64,000 nucleotides of DNA, taken from positions 1,006,515 through 1,070,514 of the forward strand of contig JAJQRF010000001.1 in assembly GCA_021228405.1 (NCBI GenBank). Direction: 5' to 3'. The DNA is from Pyrinomonadaceae bacterium (GTDB taxonomy: Bacteria; Acidobacteriota; Blastocatellia; Pyrinomonadales; Pyrinomonadaceae). The stretch's first letter is position 1. Every line of letters starts with the position of its first letter. This document shows positions 18,038-28,396 of this stretch, in pieces. Under the pieces are notes generated by a model. The model saw only the letters and a program-made list of their open reading frames with translations. It searched no databases and was not told where the DNA came from. Both the position numbers and the translations under genes were made by a program.

Positions 18038-19381
18038 CTACCGCGGAAGGTTCTGACTGAAGACAAAATTATTCGGCGTGTTTTTTTTCAATTCAAAGTT
18101 TTGTTTCGCAAGACTTTTTCCGCCGCTGAATATTTCAATTTCATAAACGCCGAAAAAGCCCCGAAATTCAGCGTTTTTTACATCTTTCAAATCTAATTCG
18201 ACGTTTGTCCGCCATTCGCGATTAATTAATTGATCTAAAACAGTATAATTAGGCTTCGGAGCACCATTCTCGTCAATCAAACCGATTCCGGGAAGCCACG
18301 CGCGCGCATCGTCCAATCCCCACTGAACGATTGCTTCGACATTCGGATTTCCAAACGCGACGGTATAAAATTCGCGATAAAATTCGGCTTGTTTTTCATC
18401 TGTCCAAACGCCCGAACGATAATTTCCCAGAATGCTTTCGTAGCTTGCGCGATCATCGTAATTTTTCGTCTGTGCGCTGAATTCGGAAATTTGAACAGGT
18501 TTTCCCGGAGTTGCGTAGCGGTCGAGTTTTTCGGCAACGTCTGCGGGCGAATACCATTCGCGATTGGCATGCGACTGGATGCCGACCGTATCGAACGGAA
18601 TCTGTTTTTCAGCAAGTTCGGAAATCAATGCAAAATATTTGTCGCTATTGTAGTTATTTGCCGAAACCGAACCGAAAACGCCGTAATCGTTTATTATCAA
18701 ACGGCTGTTCGGCGATAAGGATTTCGCTTGCCGAAATGCGGTTTCGATGTAAATTTTTCCCACCCTATCTGCAAAAATATCAGGTTCGAGCGAAAGATTT
18801 TCATTAACTATTTCGACATCTTCCGCCGCGCCCGAATAATTTTCAAAATATCTTTTAATTCTTGCATCGAGAACATTTTCCAGTTCCGTTTTTTCCTTCG
18901 GAAGCCAGTCGGGAGTGCCTGCCTGATTTGATCCCCAAAGAATCGGCGCGGTTTGAATCCGCCAATTATTGCGGTTTGCCATCGCAACTTCCTTTTCAAA
19001 ATTTGTCCAGAAATGCTCGCCGCGTTTGTTTTCGGTCACGTCCCAATAGGTGCCGACGACGGCGTAATTGAAAAGACGTTTGAAATAATTTTCGTAAAGT
19101 CCCGCGTGTTTCCGGTCTAAGTCGTCGATTTTCAGATAACAACCGAATTTGAAATCGTGCGAGATTTGCCGGATTTTTATTTTGAGGTCTTTTTGTTTGA
19201 ATCTATCAAGGCTGACAACCGCATTTCCCTTGCGAAATTTTTCGATATTTTCTTTTGCCCGCCTGAGCGCGATCTTGTTTTTTTCTTCAACGTTCGACGC
19301 ATTTTCGCCCTTTGCCGATGAAATGCAATTTGTGCTGAATGTCAGCAGGATCAGAAATAAAATTGTCAGTTTCAAATTCAT
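18038..19381 (-). CDS. secreted glycoside hydrolase, TIM-barrel clan GH-A-like (family uncertain)
   Basis: Internal start MNLKLTILFLILLTFSTNCISS (signal peptide) of ORF 18038..19498. Motifs GTYWDVTEN and VQISEFS resemble the acid/base and nucleophile strands of GH-A glycosidases. The position matches the glycosidase often found in EPS loci. Confidence 0.55.
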   Translation of the reverse strand: MNLKLTILFLILLTFSTNCISSAKGENASNVEEKNKIALRRAKENIEKFRKGNAVVSLDRFKQKDLKIKIRQISHDFKFGCYLKIDDLDRKHAGLYENYFKRLFNYAVVGTYWDVTENKRGEHFWTNFEKEVAMANRNNWRIQTAPILWGSNQAGTPDWLPKEKTELENVLDARIKRYFENYSGAAEDVEIVNENLSLEPDIFADRVGKIYIETAFRQAKSLSPNSRLIINDYGVFGSVSANNYNSDKYFALISELAEKQIPFDTVGIQSHANREWYSPADVAEKLDRYATPGKPVQISEFSAQTKNYDDRASYESILGNYRSGVWTDEKQAEFYREFYTVAFGNPNVEAIVQWGLDDARAWLPGIGLIDENGAPKPNYTVLDQLINREWRTNVELDLKDVKNAEFRGFFGVYEIEIFSGGKSLAKQNFELKKNTPNNFVFSQNLPR

Positions 19382-19448
19382 TTTCACAAAAACGACAAGA
19401 ACGCGAATCGGGCGAATTATGCAGATGAAAACAGATAATTTTATTAAA

Positions 19449-19492
19449 AAATCCGTTCGCATCCGCCAAATCCCCAAATCCGCGTTCAAAAT
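19449..19492. repeat. family C palindromic element, half copy
   Basis: CCGCCAAATCCCCAAATCCGCGTTCAAAATTT. Confidence 0.45.
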
Positions 19493-19501
19493 TTCCAAAT
19501 T

Positions 19502-20308
19502 CTAACCGAAACGCATTTGCTCATTCGGCGGAATCAGTTTTTGTTGGCTTAAATCCTTTATCCCGAAAAATTGAAGCATAATCATCCAGACGTAATGCGG
19601 ATTCGTCGTCGCATAACGTTTCCACAAACGTTTCGGCTCCTGAACGAGGCGGTAAAACCATTCGAGCCCGCGTTTCTGCAAAAATTCGGGAGCTTGCGGC
19701 AAAGTTCCGGCGTGAAAATCAAACGCCGCGCCGACTGCCATTAACGGCATCGCGATCAGATTTCGATTTTCAAACGCAAAGATTTCCTGACGCGGACAGC
19801 CCAAACCGACCAAAACGATCGATGCACCGCTTTCTTTAATGGTTTCAGCTATTTCGATTTGTTCGGTTTCCGTCACCTGGCGAAATTTCGACGGCTGACT
19901 TCCCGCAATTTTCAGTTTCGGGAATTTTTTGCAAAGATTTTCGCCGAATTTTTTCAAAACGTCTGCTTGACTGCCGTAAAGATAGATCGACAAACCTTCT
20001 TCCGCCGCGCGTTCGCAGACTTTCAATGTTAAAGTCGGTCCGTAAACGCGGTCTTTGAGTTCGGTTTTATAAAGACGATTCAAAGCCCAACGAACGGGTT
20101 GACCGTCGGGCACGACGAGATCGAGCTTGTTCAAACGGTAACGATGTGCGCGGTCGGTCGCGCCCGTCATCACGCCGTGAACCGCCAACGCGCTCACCGC
20201 GAACGGACGTTTTTCCTTCGCCGCCGTAATAATTTTTTCGACCGCCGCTTCGTAATCAACCGCATTAATGCCGATGCCGAGGATGTTTTTTCTGCCAAAA
20301 TCAATCAT
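19502..20308 (-). CDS. WecB/TagA/CpsF-family glycosyltransferase (GT26)
   Basis: Start taken at MIDFGRKNILGIGIN. The longer track ORF (to 20350) would read into the family B palindromic element. Confidence 0.8.
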   Translation of the reverse strand: MIDFGRKNILGIGINAVDYEAAVEKIITAAKEKRPFAVSALAVHGVMTGATDRAHRYRLNKLDLVVPDGQPVRWALNRLYKTELKDRVYGPTLTLKVCERAAEEGLSIYLYGSQADVLKKFGENLCKKFPKLKIAGSQPSKFRQVTETEQIEIAETIKESGASIVLVGLGCPRQEIFAFENRNLIAMPLMAVGAAFDFHAGTLPQAPEFLQKRGLEWFYRLVQEPKRLWKRYATTNPHYVWMIMLQFFGIKDLSQQKLIPPNEQMRFG

Positions 20309-20322
20309 ATTGATAAGAAGTT

Positions 20323-20423
20323 TTATCCACAGATGAACACAGATACACACAGATTTTATTTGATTTAATCAATGAATTTATCTGATTTATCCGTGTTCAT
20401 CTGTGTGTATCTGTGGATAATTT
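20323..20423. repeat. palindromic MITE/REP-like element, family B (ATCCACAGATGAACACAGAT ... ATCTGTGTTCATCTGTGGAT)
   Basis: TTATCCACAGATGAACACAGATACACACAGAT ... ATCCGTGTTCATCTGTGTGTATCTGTGGATAA. Copies also at about 36262 and 51155. Confidence 0.7.
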
Positions 20424-20434
20424 TTCTGTTTAAA

Positions 20435-21529
20435 TTAAGCCGTTGCTGCGAGTTTCTTTGTTTCCGAATTGTATTTTTCCTGTGTTGCTTCGACGATTTC
20501 CTTCAAAATACTGCGGAGATTGTGTTCGTATTTCCAATTCGGGAAATCGTTCTGGAATTTGCGAACGTCGCTGATCCACCAGATGTGATCGCCTTCGCGG
20601 TTTTGTTCGGAAAGACTGTAGGAAAGTTTTTTGCCCGCAAATTCTTCGGCGATCTCGATCGCTTCGATGACCGAACAATTTGAATGACGACTGCCGCCAA
20701 TGTTGTAAACCGCACCCGCTTTCGGATTTTGGTAAAATTCCCAGAAGCAATTCACAAGGTCGTTCGAGTGAATGTTGTCGCGAACTTGTTTGCCTTTGTA
20801 ACCGAAGATCGTGTAATGCTTTCCGTAAACGATACATTTGACGAGATAAGCCAAAAATCCGTGTAGTTCCGCCCCCGAATGCGCCGGTCCGGTCAAACAT
20901 CCGCCGCGAAAAGTTCCTGTTTTAATGCCGAAATATCGTCCGTATTCCTGCGCCATCACGTCCGCCGCAACCTTGCTCGCACCGAAAACGCTGTGTTTTG
21001 AATTGTCGATCGACATTGTTTCGTCGATTCCGTGCTCAAAATAAGCGTGATCTCCGGCAACTTCCCAGCGTTTCTCTGTTTCGACGAGCGGCAAAATATT
21101 CGGAGTGTCGCCGTAAACCTTATTCGTCGAAGTAAAAATAAACGGCGCGTCCGCACAATATTTGCGCGTTGCTTCCAGTAAATTGAGCGTTCCGAGTGCA
21201 TTAACACCGAAATCCGTGATCGGTTCCTTCGCCGCCCAATCGTGGCTCGGCTGTGCCGCCGTGTGAATCACGATCTCGGTGTCTTTGCCGTATTTTGCAA
21301 AAAGATTGTTGATTTCCGCTTCGTTGCGGATGTCCGTGGCGTGATGCGTAAAATTCGGGAGAGTTTTCGTCAGTTGGTTCGTGTTCCATTCGACCGAACC
21401 GTCTTTGCCGAAGAAATATTCGCGCATATTGTTGTCGATGCCGACAACGTCAAAGCCTTTGGCGTGAAAAAACTTGGTCGCTTCGCTGCCAATCAAACCG
21501 GAACTTCCGGTCACAATCGCAATACTCAT
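20435..21529 (-). CDS. NAD-dependent epimerase/dehydratase (CDP-paratose/tyvelose 2-epimerase-like)
   Basis: N-terminal GSSGLIGS Rossmann motif, a YxxxK SDR catalytic pair, and C-terminal GDHIWWISD. Confidence 0.85.
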   Translation of the reverse strand: MSIAIVTGSSGLIGSEATKFFHAKGFDVVGIDNNMREYFFGKDGSVEWNTNQLTKTLPNFTHHATDIRNEAEINNLFAKYGKDTEIVIHTAAQPSHDWAAKEPITDFGVNALGTLNLLEATRKYCADAPFIFTSTNKVYGDTPNILPLVETEKRWEVAGDHAYFEHGIDETMSIDNSKHSVFGASKVAADVMAQEYGRYFGIKTGTFRGGCLTGPAHSGAELHGFLAYLVKCIVYGKHYTIFGYKGKQVRDNIHSNDLVNCFWEFYQNPKAGAVYNIGGSRHSNCSVIEAIEIAEEFAGKKLSYSLSEQNREGDHIWWISDVRKFQNDFPNWKYEHNLRSILKEIVEATQEKYNSETKKLAATA

Positions 21530-21602
21530 ATCTTTGTTAATCCTTTTATTTATTTAGATTTATGCCCAATTAAAGAACTAAAAAGAGATGATTTCCAAAA
21601 AA

Positions 21603-22703
21603 TTATAAAAGAAATTTTATCTCGGTTAGAATTTGCGAAAATGCCCAGAGTTTTTCGACCGGATAATGGTAGAAAAATGAAAAAGCCGTCGCGCCCGAAC
21701 CGAGTCCGAAACGCAATTTGGCAACCTGCGGCGAAAATCTTCCGCCGACTCCGCGCGTCGATTCTTCGCACAGACAGGTTCTGCCCAGTGCGAAAAGGTC
21801 TTCGCCGAATTTGTTCGTATGTTTGGCAGTCGTCACTGCGAGCTTGTAGCCTGCTCTGACGATCTGTTCGCGCACTTCCCTGTTATATTTTCCGTTCGGA
21901 TAAGCAAATGAAACGACCGATTCTCCGAGCTGTTTTTCAAGAATCTGCTTGCTTTCAAAGATTTCGCTGACAAACATTTTCTCGTCTTCGAGCGGCAAAA
22001 CAGGATGCGTCGCCGTGTGATTTCCGAAGCTGATGCCGTTTCTGCTCATTTCGCCGACTTGTTCCCAGTTCAGGAGTTTATATTCTTTCGGATATTCACT
22101 AATGGAAAGCGCATTTTCAAGCTCGGAAATAAGCACATCTCGTTGCGCGGTCGGCAGATAAACGATTTTGTCGCACAATTCCAGTGCATCGGCAACGTTC
22201 GCCTTTTCGCCCGGCAAGCCGGCTTTAAGAAAGATATTTTCGAGTTCAATATTTTGTTCGAGCGCGTTTTTCGCCAGCCAAAACGCTTTATCGTGCGATA
22301 AAGGGTCGTTTTTTCCGATCATCGTTGTCGGCAAAAAGATCGTTGCGGGCAGATTGAATTCCTTCAAAACGGGGAAAGCTTCCTCGTAGTTATCCAAATA
22401 ACCGTCGTCAAACGTGATAACGGCTTTCGGGAGATAAGAAAATTCACCGCTTTCAAGAAAGTCAGCGGCTTCTTCAAGACTTACGACATCGAAATTTTCC
22501 TGCAAAATGCGGCAATGTTCGCGAAAAGTTTCCCTTGAAACAACCAATCCGTAGATCGAATTTGCTTCGGCTTTTCCGATGTCGGCGACAACGCGATGAT
22601 AACCGATAATCGTGACCGAATTTTGCGAAGGCGTGCGAAAAACCTGCGCCAGTGCCGCAATCGACTTGATACTTCTTTTTACCAATAATTTGGGGGAAAG
22701 CAT
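21603..22703 (-). CDS. polysaccharide deacetylase (NodB-homology domain)
   Basis: VITFDDGYLDNYEEAFPVLKEFNLPATIFL, the classic NodB motif. Confidence 0.85.
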   Translation of the reverse strand: MLSPKLLVKRSIKSIAALAQVFRTPSQNSVTIIGYHRVVADIGKAEANSIYGLVVSRETFREHCRILQENFDVVSLEEAADFLESGEFSYLPKAVITFDDGYLDNYEEAFPVLKEFNLPATIFLPTTMIGKNDPLSHDKAFWLAKNALEQNIELENIFLKAGLPGEKANVADALELCDKIVYLPTAQRDVLISELENALSISEYPKEYKLLNWEQVGEMSRNGISFGNHTATHPVLPLEDEKMFVSEIFESKQILEKQLGESVVSFAYPNGKYNREVREQIVRAGYKLAVTTAKHTNKFGEDLFALGRTCLCEESTRGVGGRFSPQVAKLRFGLGSGATAFSFFYHYPVEKLWAFSQILTEIKFLL

Positions 22704-22706
22704 AAA

Positions 22707-23855
22707 TTAATTTTTTCTCACTGACTCAAGCAGACAGTTTTTCAGTTTTTCCGTATAAAGGTGAAAATCGAGTTGTTTTCCAACTTTTTCCCGCGCTTTT
22801 TCACCCATTTTCACACGCAATTCTTTGTTTTCGATCAAAATGGAAAGTTTTTCGGCAAGCTTTTCGACATTTGCAGGCTCGATCAAAAAGCCTTCTTCGG
22901 CTTCGCAGACAAGTTCGGGAATCCCGCCGACGGTCGTTGAAACGATTGGCAAACTTGCTGCCATTGCTTCAATTACGGACATCGGCATCGCTTCGGCATA
23001 AGTCGGCAAAACGAAAATATCGGCTTCTTCAAAGAAAACGAATCTTTCAGCCGCAGAAACCGCGCCGACAAATTCGATGAATTTTTCAATTCCCAGCTTT
23101 TTGCAGTAATTTTCCAGATTTTCACTGCCGAAGCCTAAAAATGAAACTCGAAAATTCGGGTATTTTTCGGCAAGAATCATTATTGCATCGGCTAAATCCG
23201 TTTCGCCTTTGAGCTTTCCCATCGCGCCGACGAAAAGGATTTGGACGTTTTCTCCGCGCCTTTCAAAACGTTTCGGCGAAAACGCAAACGGCTTCGTATC
23301 GATCGCATTGTGAATGATCTCGATCTTATTTTTCGGCGCAAGTTTTTGCAGTTTGTTTGCCGAATCTTTTGAAACTGCGATCAGTTTGTCGCTCAAACTG
23401 ATTGCCCGGGAAATGAACTTTCTGCCGATTTTACTTTGCTTTTCGAGATATTCGTCAACGTCGCCGGCGTGAAAATGGGCAACGGTTTTTTTACCGAAAA
23501 TCTTTGCCAGCACAATAAAAAAAGGCTCGCGGTAAAGACTTGCATTACTGCCGATATGAATGTAAACGAGCTTCGGATTCTTAATTGGAATTTTTACGAT
23601 GAAAAGGAAAACCGCTTTGATTGCAAGAATTAATTTGTCGAAACCCTTAAAATCTTCGGCTTGAGATTCGATATAATCGATCGCAAAATCATCCTTCAGA
23701 TCGGAATTTAATATTTCGCCGATCAAAGTCGAGATTCCGCCGCGAGTTTTCGTCAAGCTCATTCCGACCATTAAAATTTGCGGTATTTTTGTGTCTGAGA
23801 TGGCAAGGGTTTTCTTTGAAAACCCAACCTTTCCGAGCGTTCTTTCCGTATTCAT
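22707..23855 (-). CDS. glycosyltransferase family 4 (GT-B fold)
   Basis: 382 aa with the C-terminal GT4 EX7E-type region (FVLPTYAEAMPMSVIEAMAASLPIVST). Confidence 0.85.
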   Translation of the reverse strand: MNTERTLGKVGFSKKTLAISDTKIPQILMVGMSLTKTRGGISTLIGEILNSDLKDDFAIDYIESQAEDFKGFDKLILAIKAVFLFIVKIPIKNPKLVYIHIGSNASLYREPFFIVLAKIFGKKTVAHFHAGDVDEYLEKQSKIGRKFISRAISLSDKLIAVSKDSANKLQKLAPKNKIEIIHNAIDTKPFAFSPKRFERRGENVQILFVGAMGKLKGETDLADAIMILAEKYPNFRVSFLGFGSENLENYCKKLGIEKFIEFVGAVSAAERFVFFEEADIFVLPTYAEAMPMSVIEAMAASLPIVSTTVGGIPELVCEAEEGFLIEPANVEKLAEKLSILIENKELRVKMGEKAREKVGKQLDFHLYTEKLKNCLLESVRKN

Positions 23856-23899
23856 CTGAATTTTGTTGCCTATGTTTCAAATAAAGCCTCAAAAGACCG

Positions 23900-25222
23900 C
23901 TATTTCCAGATAAAAACACAAACTAAAAGCAGACACGCGAAAGAAAATGCCGCCGTCCGCCAAACTTTGAAGTCGATAATTTTGCGCGAAAGATAGCCGA
24001 TCTCGACCAACGCCATTGCCAGAAGCGACAAAAACTGCGTCGTCGCCGCACCGACCGCGCCGTATTTCGGAATTAAGAACATCCCGATACAAGCGCAAAC
24101 CGCCACGCCGACCGCATTTGCAATCAGATCGATAAATTGCGAATTTGTCGCGACAAGTCCGCGCCCGACGATCATCACGGCGCAGAACGGCACGACCGTT
24201 AAAGCCAGAATATTCAGGCTTGCCGCGCTTTGCGTGTATGTTTCGCCGAACAATATTTTCAGGACAATTTCGGAAAAGAAAGGCGCAAGAAGCGATGCGA
24301 AAGTGGCGAAAAGCATTAGATTTCTAATAACTTTCGACAAAAATGTGCCGAGTTTCTCGTCCGTTTTATTTGCCAGAAGCGGCTGAATCACGCCGGCGTA
24401 ACCCGCCATTAAAATCATTACGGGAATCAAAAAACGCGACGCAACGCCGTATTTTGCCGACTCGATCTCAGTGCTGAAACGTCCCAAAAGCATCGTGACG
24501 ATTTGCCAGTTGAGCGAGGCAAGAACTGTGATTCCGGCGAAAGTCGGCGCGGCTTTTAAGAGCTTGCGAAAAATTTCGCGGTCGAAGGTCGTGATTTTTG
24601 AAAGACTGAAATTTGCGAAAAAATAAACCGCGAACGAAACGAATCTGACAAAAACAAACGCGGCGCAAACGAAATGCAAACTGAATCCGTAAAAAATAAG
24701 CGCGACCGGAATGATCGTTCGTAGAAGATTTTCGAGCGTGTTGACGATTGCGATCAAGCGCGCTTTGCCGAACGAGATCGAAACCGCTTCGGCGCAGGTT
24801 ATCGTGCCTGTCGGAATCATTGCAAACGATAAAATGAAAGTCGAAATCCGCACGTCGTTTGACGGGCTGAAAATAAAACCCGAAATCGTCATCAAAACGG
24901 CGCAGACAATTCCCCAGACGAGCAGAGAGAGCATCGTCGTGCCGATAAATCCTTCAGCTTCCGTTTTCTTTTCATCGTTCAAACGGCGCGAAATTTCGTT
25001 GACGATAAACGGTGACAGACCGAGCGAACAGATCGTAAAAAAGAGCATATAAAGGCTCATCACGACCGTAAATCTGCCGATCTCTTCGGGTTCTCTCAGG
25101 CGTGCCATAAAAACCCAAACCGCAACGCTGTTGGCAATGCTCACCGCGCCTGACCAAGCCATCCACAGGACATTTTGGATGATATTGGATTTCGGATTTA
25201 GGATTTTCGGGTCTGCTGACAT
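23900..25222 (-). CDS. oligosaccharide flippase (Wzx-like, MOP superfamily)
   Basis: About 12 TM helices. Start taken at the MSADPKIL Met, which shares one nt with the wzy stop; the longer track ORF would overlap wzy by 88 nt. Confidence 0.75.
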   Translation of the reverse strand: MSADPKILNPKSNIIQNVLWMAWSGAVSIANSVAVWVFMARLREPEEIGRFTVVMSLYMLFFTICSLGLSPFIVNEISRRLNDEKKTEAEGFIGTTMLSLLVWGIVCAVLMTISGFIFSPSNDVRISTFILSFAMIPTGTITCAEAVSISFGKARLIAIVNTLENLLRTIIPVALIFYGFSLHFVCAAFVFVRFVSFAVYFFANFSLSKITTFDREIFRKLLKAAPTFAGITVLASLNWQIVTMLLGRFSTEIESAKYGVASRFLIPVMILMAGYAGVIQPLLANKTDEKLGTFLSKVIRNLMLFATFASLLAPFFSEIVLKILFGETYTQSAASLNILALTVVPFCAVMIVGRGLVATNSQFIDLIANAVGVAVCACIGMFLIPKYGAVGAATTQFLSLLAMALVEIGYLSRKIIDFKVWRTAAFSFACLLLVCVFIWK

Positions 25223-26754
25223 TAATCTGGAGTTTGAAATTTGGAATCTGAAATCGAATTTCTCCGGCAATTGCTCAAAGCCATCACGAAGCCGAGTAAA
25301 AAGAAACAAGTGCGAACGGGCGGACGCGTCGAACCCAAGCCGCCCGGTTCTTTGATCGCCGAAATCGTGTAAGCAACGATTCCCGCAAATGCGCCCAAAG
25401 CAAGCGCGAACAACAATTTATCGCGGCTCGACAGCGTTATCCAACATTCAAACACCGCAATTAAAAGCAAAGTTCCGAAAAGAATTCCGCCCGGGATACC
25501 GATTTCCGCCGTGATGTGCGCGAAGGAATTATGAACGGTTCCGGGAAAAATCTGCGTGACGTGTTCCTTCGTGTCGTCGTAACGATACATTGCCGTTCGA
25601 TAGCCGCTCAAACCGATGCCGACGAACGGATTTGTTTCGATAATGTTCCACGCAACCTGCATCAGCGGAATGCGAATCGCGGCGGAATCGCCGTCATCGG
25701 TCGTTAGTCTTTCGTAGATTCGGCTTCCGAAAGGTGCAAGTGCCATCGCACACAAAAGCAGTAAACCGCCGATTGCCGCGAAATATTGTTTTCTTTCCGA
25801 TCTTTCCCAGTTTTTCCACGCAAATAAAATAATTACTCCCGTTGCGACGACCAAGGCGATCCAGCTTCCGCGAGCCAGCGAAAGAATAATTGCGGCGATT
25901 CCCAAACCTGCCGCGCCTGCCAAAATGATGCGTTGATATTTTGGAAAAGTTCTCGCATAAGCCACGACCGGCGCGATCAAGAGCGGCACGAGCGCAGAAA
26001 TCACCCAACCCATTTCTGTCGGCGTTCGCAAAAAAGCTGAAACTCTCGAAAATAACTCGGCTTGCGTCCATAGCAATTCTTCTTCAGTTCCTGTTCCGAG
26101 AAACGGCAATTTCGGAAAATTCACGAGAAATTGAGAAATTGCGGTCGCGCCTGTAAATGAAACTCCGACCGCAATTCCCAAAACCAATTCCTTTAACCGT
26201 TCGCGATTTCCGAAATGCAACGCGACGACAAAGCAAATGAAAACGGACGATAAATAAGAAAGAAAATTATACCAACCGAGTTTACCGCTGATGCCGTAAA
26301 ATGCGGAAATTGCCGCGCAAACCGTTAAAGCGGTCAACGCAAAAGAAAACATCAGCGGAAAGATTCTTCCGTTTTTCCTTTCATCGCGCCCATATAGATC
26401 GCTCAGAAAAAGCACCGTCGCGCAAACCAATGTCAGCGAAATATTTAAGCCCGAAGGGTCTTCGAGTTCGTCGAGTTTCAAAATCGTCACGTCGGCTTTA
26501 ATAAAAAACGACGCAATAAACAAAATTCTCGTAAAAAAAACAAGCGGCAGATCGTAAATCAAAAATGCGATTCCCGCGAAAATCGTCATTATTCCCACAC
26601 TTATGCCGATCAAAGCGATCTGTGAACTCGAACCGACCGTTGCCACGCCGATGCCGACCGTAAACGCCAAAAAGCAAAGACAAACCGCCAAAATAATCGG
26701 CGATCTGAGCATTTGCTGTAAAAATATTTCCGGTCTGTTGGCGTTCATTTTCAT
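25222..26754 (-). CDS. O-antigen ligase/polymerase-like (Wzy-type) membrane protein
   Basis: 510 aa, polytopic, with the large periplasmic loop typical of Wzy_C / O-antigen ligase proteins. Confidence 0.7.
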   Translation of the reverse strand: MKMNANRPEIFLQQMLRSPIILAVCLCFLAFTVGIGVATVGSSSQIALIGISVGIMTIFAGIAFLIYDLPLVFFTRILFIASFFIKADVTILKLDELEDPSGLNISLTLVCATVLFLSDLYGRDERKNGRIFPLMFSFALTALTVCAAISAFYGISGKLGWYNFLSYLSSVFICFVVALHFGNRERLKELVLGIAVGVSFTGATAISQFLVNFPKLPFLGTGTEEELLWTQAELFSRVSAFLRTPTEMGWVISALVPLLIAPVVAYARTFPKYQRIILAGAAGLGIAAIILSLARGSWIALVVATGVIILFAWKNWERSERKQYFAAIGGLLLLCAMALAPFGSRIYERLTTDDGDSAAIRIPLMQVAWNIIETNPFVGIGLSGYRTAMYRYDDTKEHVTQIFPGTVHNSFAHITAEIGIPGGILFGTLLLIAVFECWITLSSRDKLLFALALGAFAGIVAYTISAIKEPGGLGSTRPPVRTCFFLLGFVMALSNCRRNSISDSKFQTPD

Positions 26755-26799
26755 CGATTACTGTTTGAAAATCGGAAAAGCCGTAAAATTCCTCAAAAT

Positions 26800-26903
26800 T
26801 TTGAACGCGGACTTTGCAAATCCGGCAAAATCATCACGGATAAATCTAAATAAAAATCCGTTTTTATTTGCCTGATCTGCCCCGATCCGCGTTCAAAAAG
26901 TCG
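26800..26903. repeat. family C palindromic element, full copy
   Basis: TTTTGAACGCGGACTTTGCAAATCCGGC ... GCCTGATCTGCCCCGATCCGCGTTCAAAAA. Confidence 0.65.
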
Positions 26904-26908
26904 ACTTT

Positions 26909-28327
26909 TTACATTGCGCCCGTTCCCGCGATGACGGCTTTCGGCGTTTTGAGCAGAATTTTCATATCGAGCGCGAGCGACCATTTATCGATATATTCGA
27001 GGTCTTGCAAAATCCATTTATCGAAACTCGTTTCGCTTCTGCCCGAAATTTGCCAGATGCAGGTGATGCCGGGCTTGATGCTGAAACGGCGGTTAAACCA
27101 ATATTCGTCAAACTTTTGCACATCGCGCAACGGCAAAGGACGCGGACCGACGAGCGACAGATCGCCAAGCAAAACGTTGAAAAGCTGAGGCAGTTCATCC
27201 AGGCTCGTTTTACGTAAAAACCTGCCGATCTTCGTCACACGTGGATCGTCTTTAATCTTGAAAACAGGTCCGCCGGCTTCGTTTTGCGATTCGAGATTTG
27301 CCTGAAGTGCTTCGGCATCCGTTACCATCGTGCGGAATTTGAACATCTTGAACGGGCGTTTATTAAGCCCGACGCGATCCTGCATAAACATCGCCGGACC
27401 TTTCGAGGTCAGCCGAATCAGAAGTGCGATCAAAAGCATCAGCGGCGAAAAGATAATGACCAGAATCAGCGCAGTGACGAAATCGAAAACGCTTTTGATG
27501 CGCATTCTCTTACCGCTCAAAAGCGGTCCCGTGTAAAGCGACAAAACCGGAGTTTCGCTCAATTGTCCGGGAACGGCACGCGCCAGCCGCAGATTAAACA
27601 GATCGGAATAGACGCGAACCGTTATTCCCTGCATTTCCGCCGCTTTAGCGATATTTTCCATTTTCTCGTAGAACGTTTTGATCGGCAGACAAATAACGAT
27701 TTCATCGACCACGTTTTTCACCAGAATATCAGGTATTTCGTCGATTTTTCCGAGAATATTTTCCGCTTCAATATCATCGACAAATCCGAGAAAGTTGTAG
27801 CCGATCTCGGTTTTATCTTTAACGGTCTTTGCAATTTCCTGTCCGCGTTTGCCCGCGCCGACGACGATCACCGAACGTAAATTTCTGCCGTTCAACCGAA
27901 GCTGGCGAAGAATTGCGCGTTTGTAAAGACGGATAAAACCGAAAAGCAGTAAAGAAGTTCCTGCGAAGATCAGCAAAAATCTTTTCGGAAAAATCGACCA
28001 CTCGGCAACCAGGATCATCGCCGCCAGAATCAGCGTGCAAAATCCGACGGCTTTGACCGCATCGAGCAATTCATCCTGCCACGTCGCCAATCTTTTCGAT
28101 TGATAAAGCCACATCGAAGAAAGCGCAAGGCTCCAACTCAGCAAAACGCCTGCAAAAAACAAAGTGCTTTCCAATTTCGGCGCAAATATCGCGTTGACAA
28201 TATATTCCGCGCCTTGCGGCGAACCGTGAACAAACGCTGTCCAGAGCGCGAAAATTAATGCCAAAACGTCAAGAATTCTGTAAAAAAAGACGAGAGTTTC
28301 CCGTATTTTCAATTTTAGACTGTTCAT
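26909..28327 (-). CDS. exopolysaccharide polyprenyl glycosylphosphotransferase (WbaP/EPS_sugtrans priming sugar transferase)
   Basis: N-terminal TM helices plus the C-terminal bacterial sugar transferase domain (DELPQLFNVLLGDLSLVGPRP). Confidence 0.9.
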   Translation of the reverse strand: MNSLKLKIRETLVFFYRILDVLALIFALWTAFVHGSPQGAEYIVNAIFAPKLESTLFFAGVLLSWSLALSSMWLYQSKRLATWQDELLDAVKAVGFCTLILAAMILVAEWSIFPKRFLLIFAGTSLLLFGFIRLYKRAILRQLRLNGRNLRSVIVVGAGKRGQEIAKTVKDKTEIGYNFLGFVDDIEAENILGKIDEIPDILVKNVVDEIVICLPIKTFYEKMENIAKAAEMQGITVRVYSDLFNLRLARAVPGQLSETPVLSLYTGPLLSGKRMRIKSVFDFVTALILVIIFSPLMLLIALLIRLTSKGPAMFMQDRVGLNKRPFKMFKFRTMVTDAEALQANLESQNEAGGPVFKIKDDPRVTKIGRFLRKTSLDELPQLFNVLLGDLSLVGPRPLPLRDVQKFDEYWFNRRFSIKPGITCIWQISGRSETSFDKWILQDLEYIDKWSLALDMKILLKTPKAVIAGTGAM

Positions 28328-28396
28328 TGTCTTTCGATTAATTGTTTGAATATCTATGATTAAAGACTTAATTAAATTTAATTTTCAGTTTTTTAT

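Noticed and set aside
19502-20350. Longer N-terminal extensions of GT26 (MCICVHLWIKLLIN...), the small membrane protein (61139..61462), FemAB-like (15599..16996), glycosidase (18038..19498), esterase (52206..53309), MTHFS (41533..42174) and pabC-like (38565..39434)
   Set aside because: The extensions read into palindromic repeat elements or overlap upstream genes by up to 200 nt. Internal Met starts give signal peptides or family-typical N-termini, so the shorter forms were annotated.
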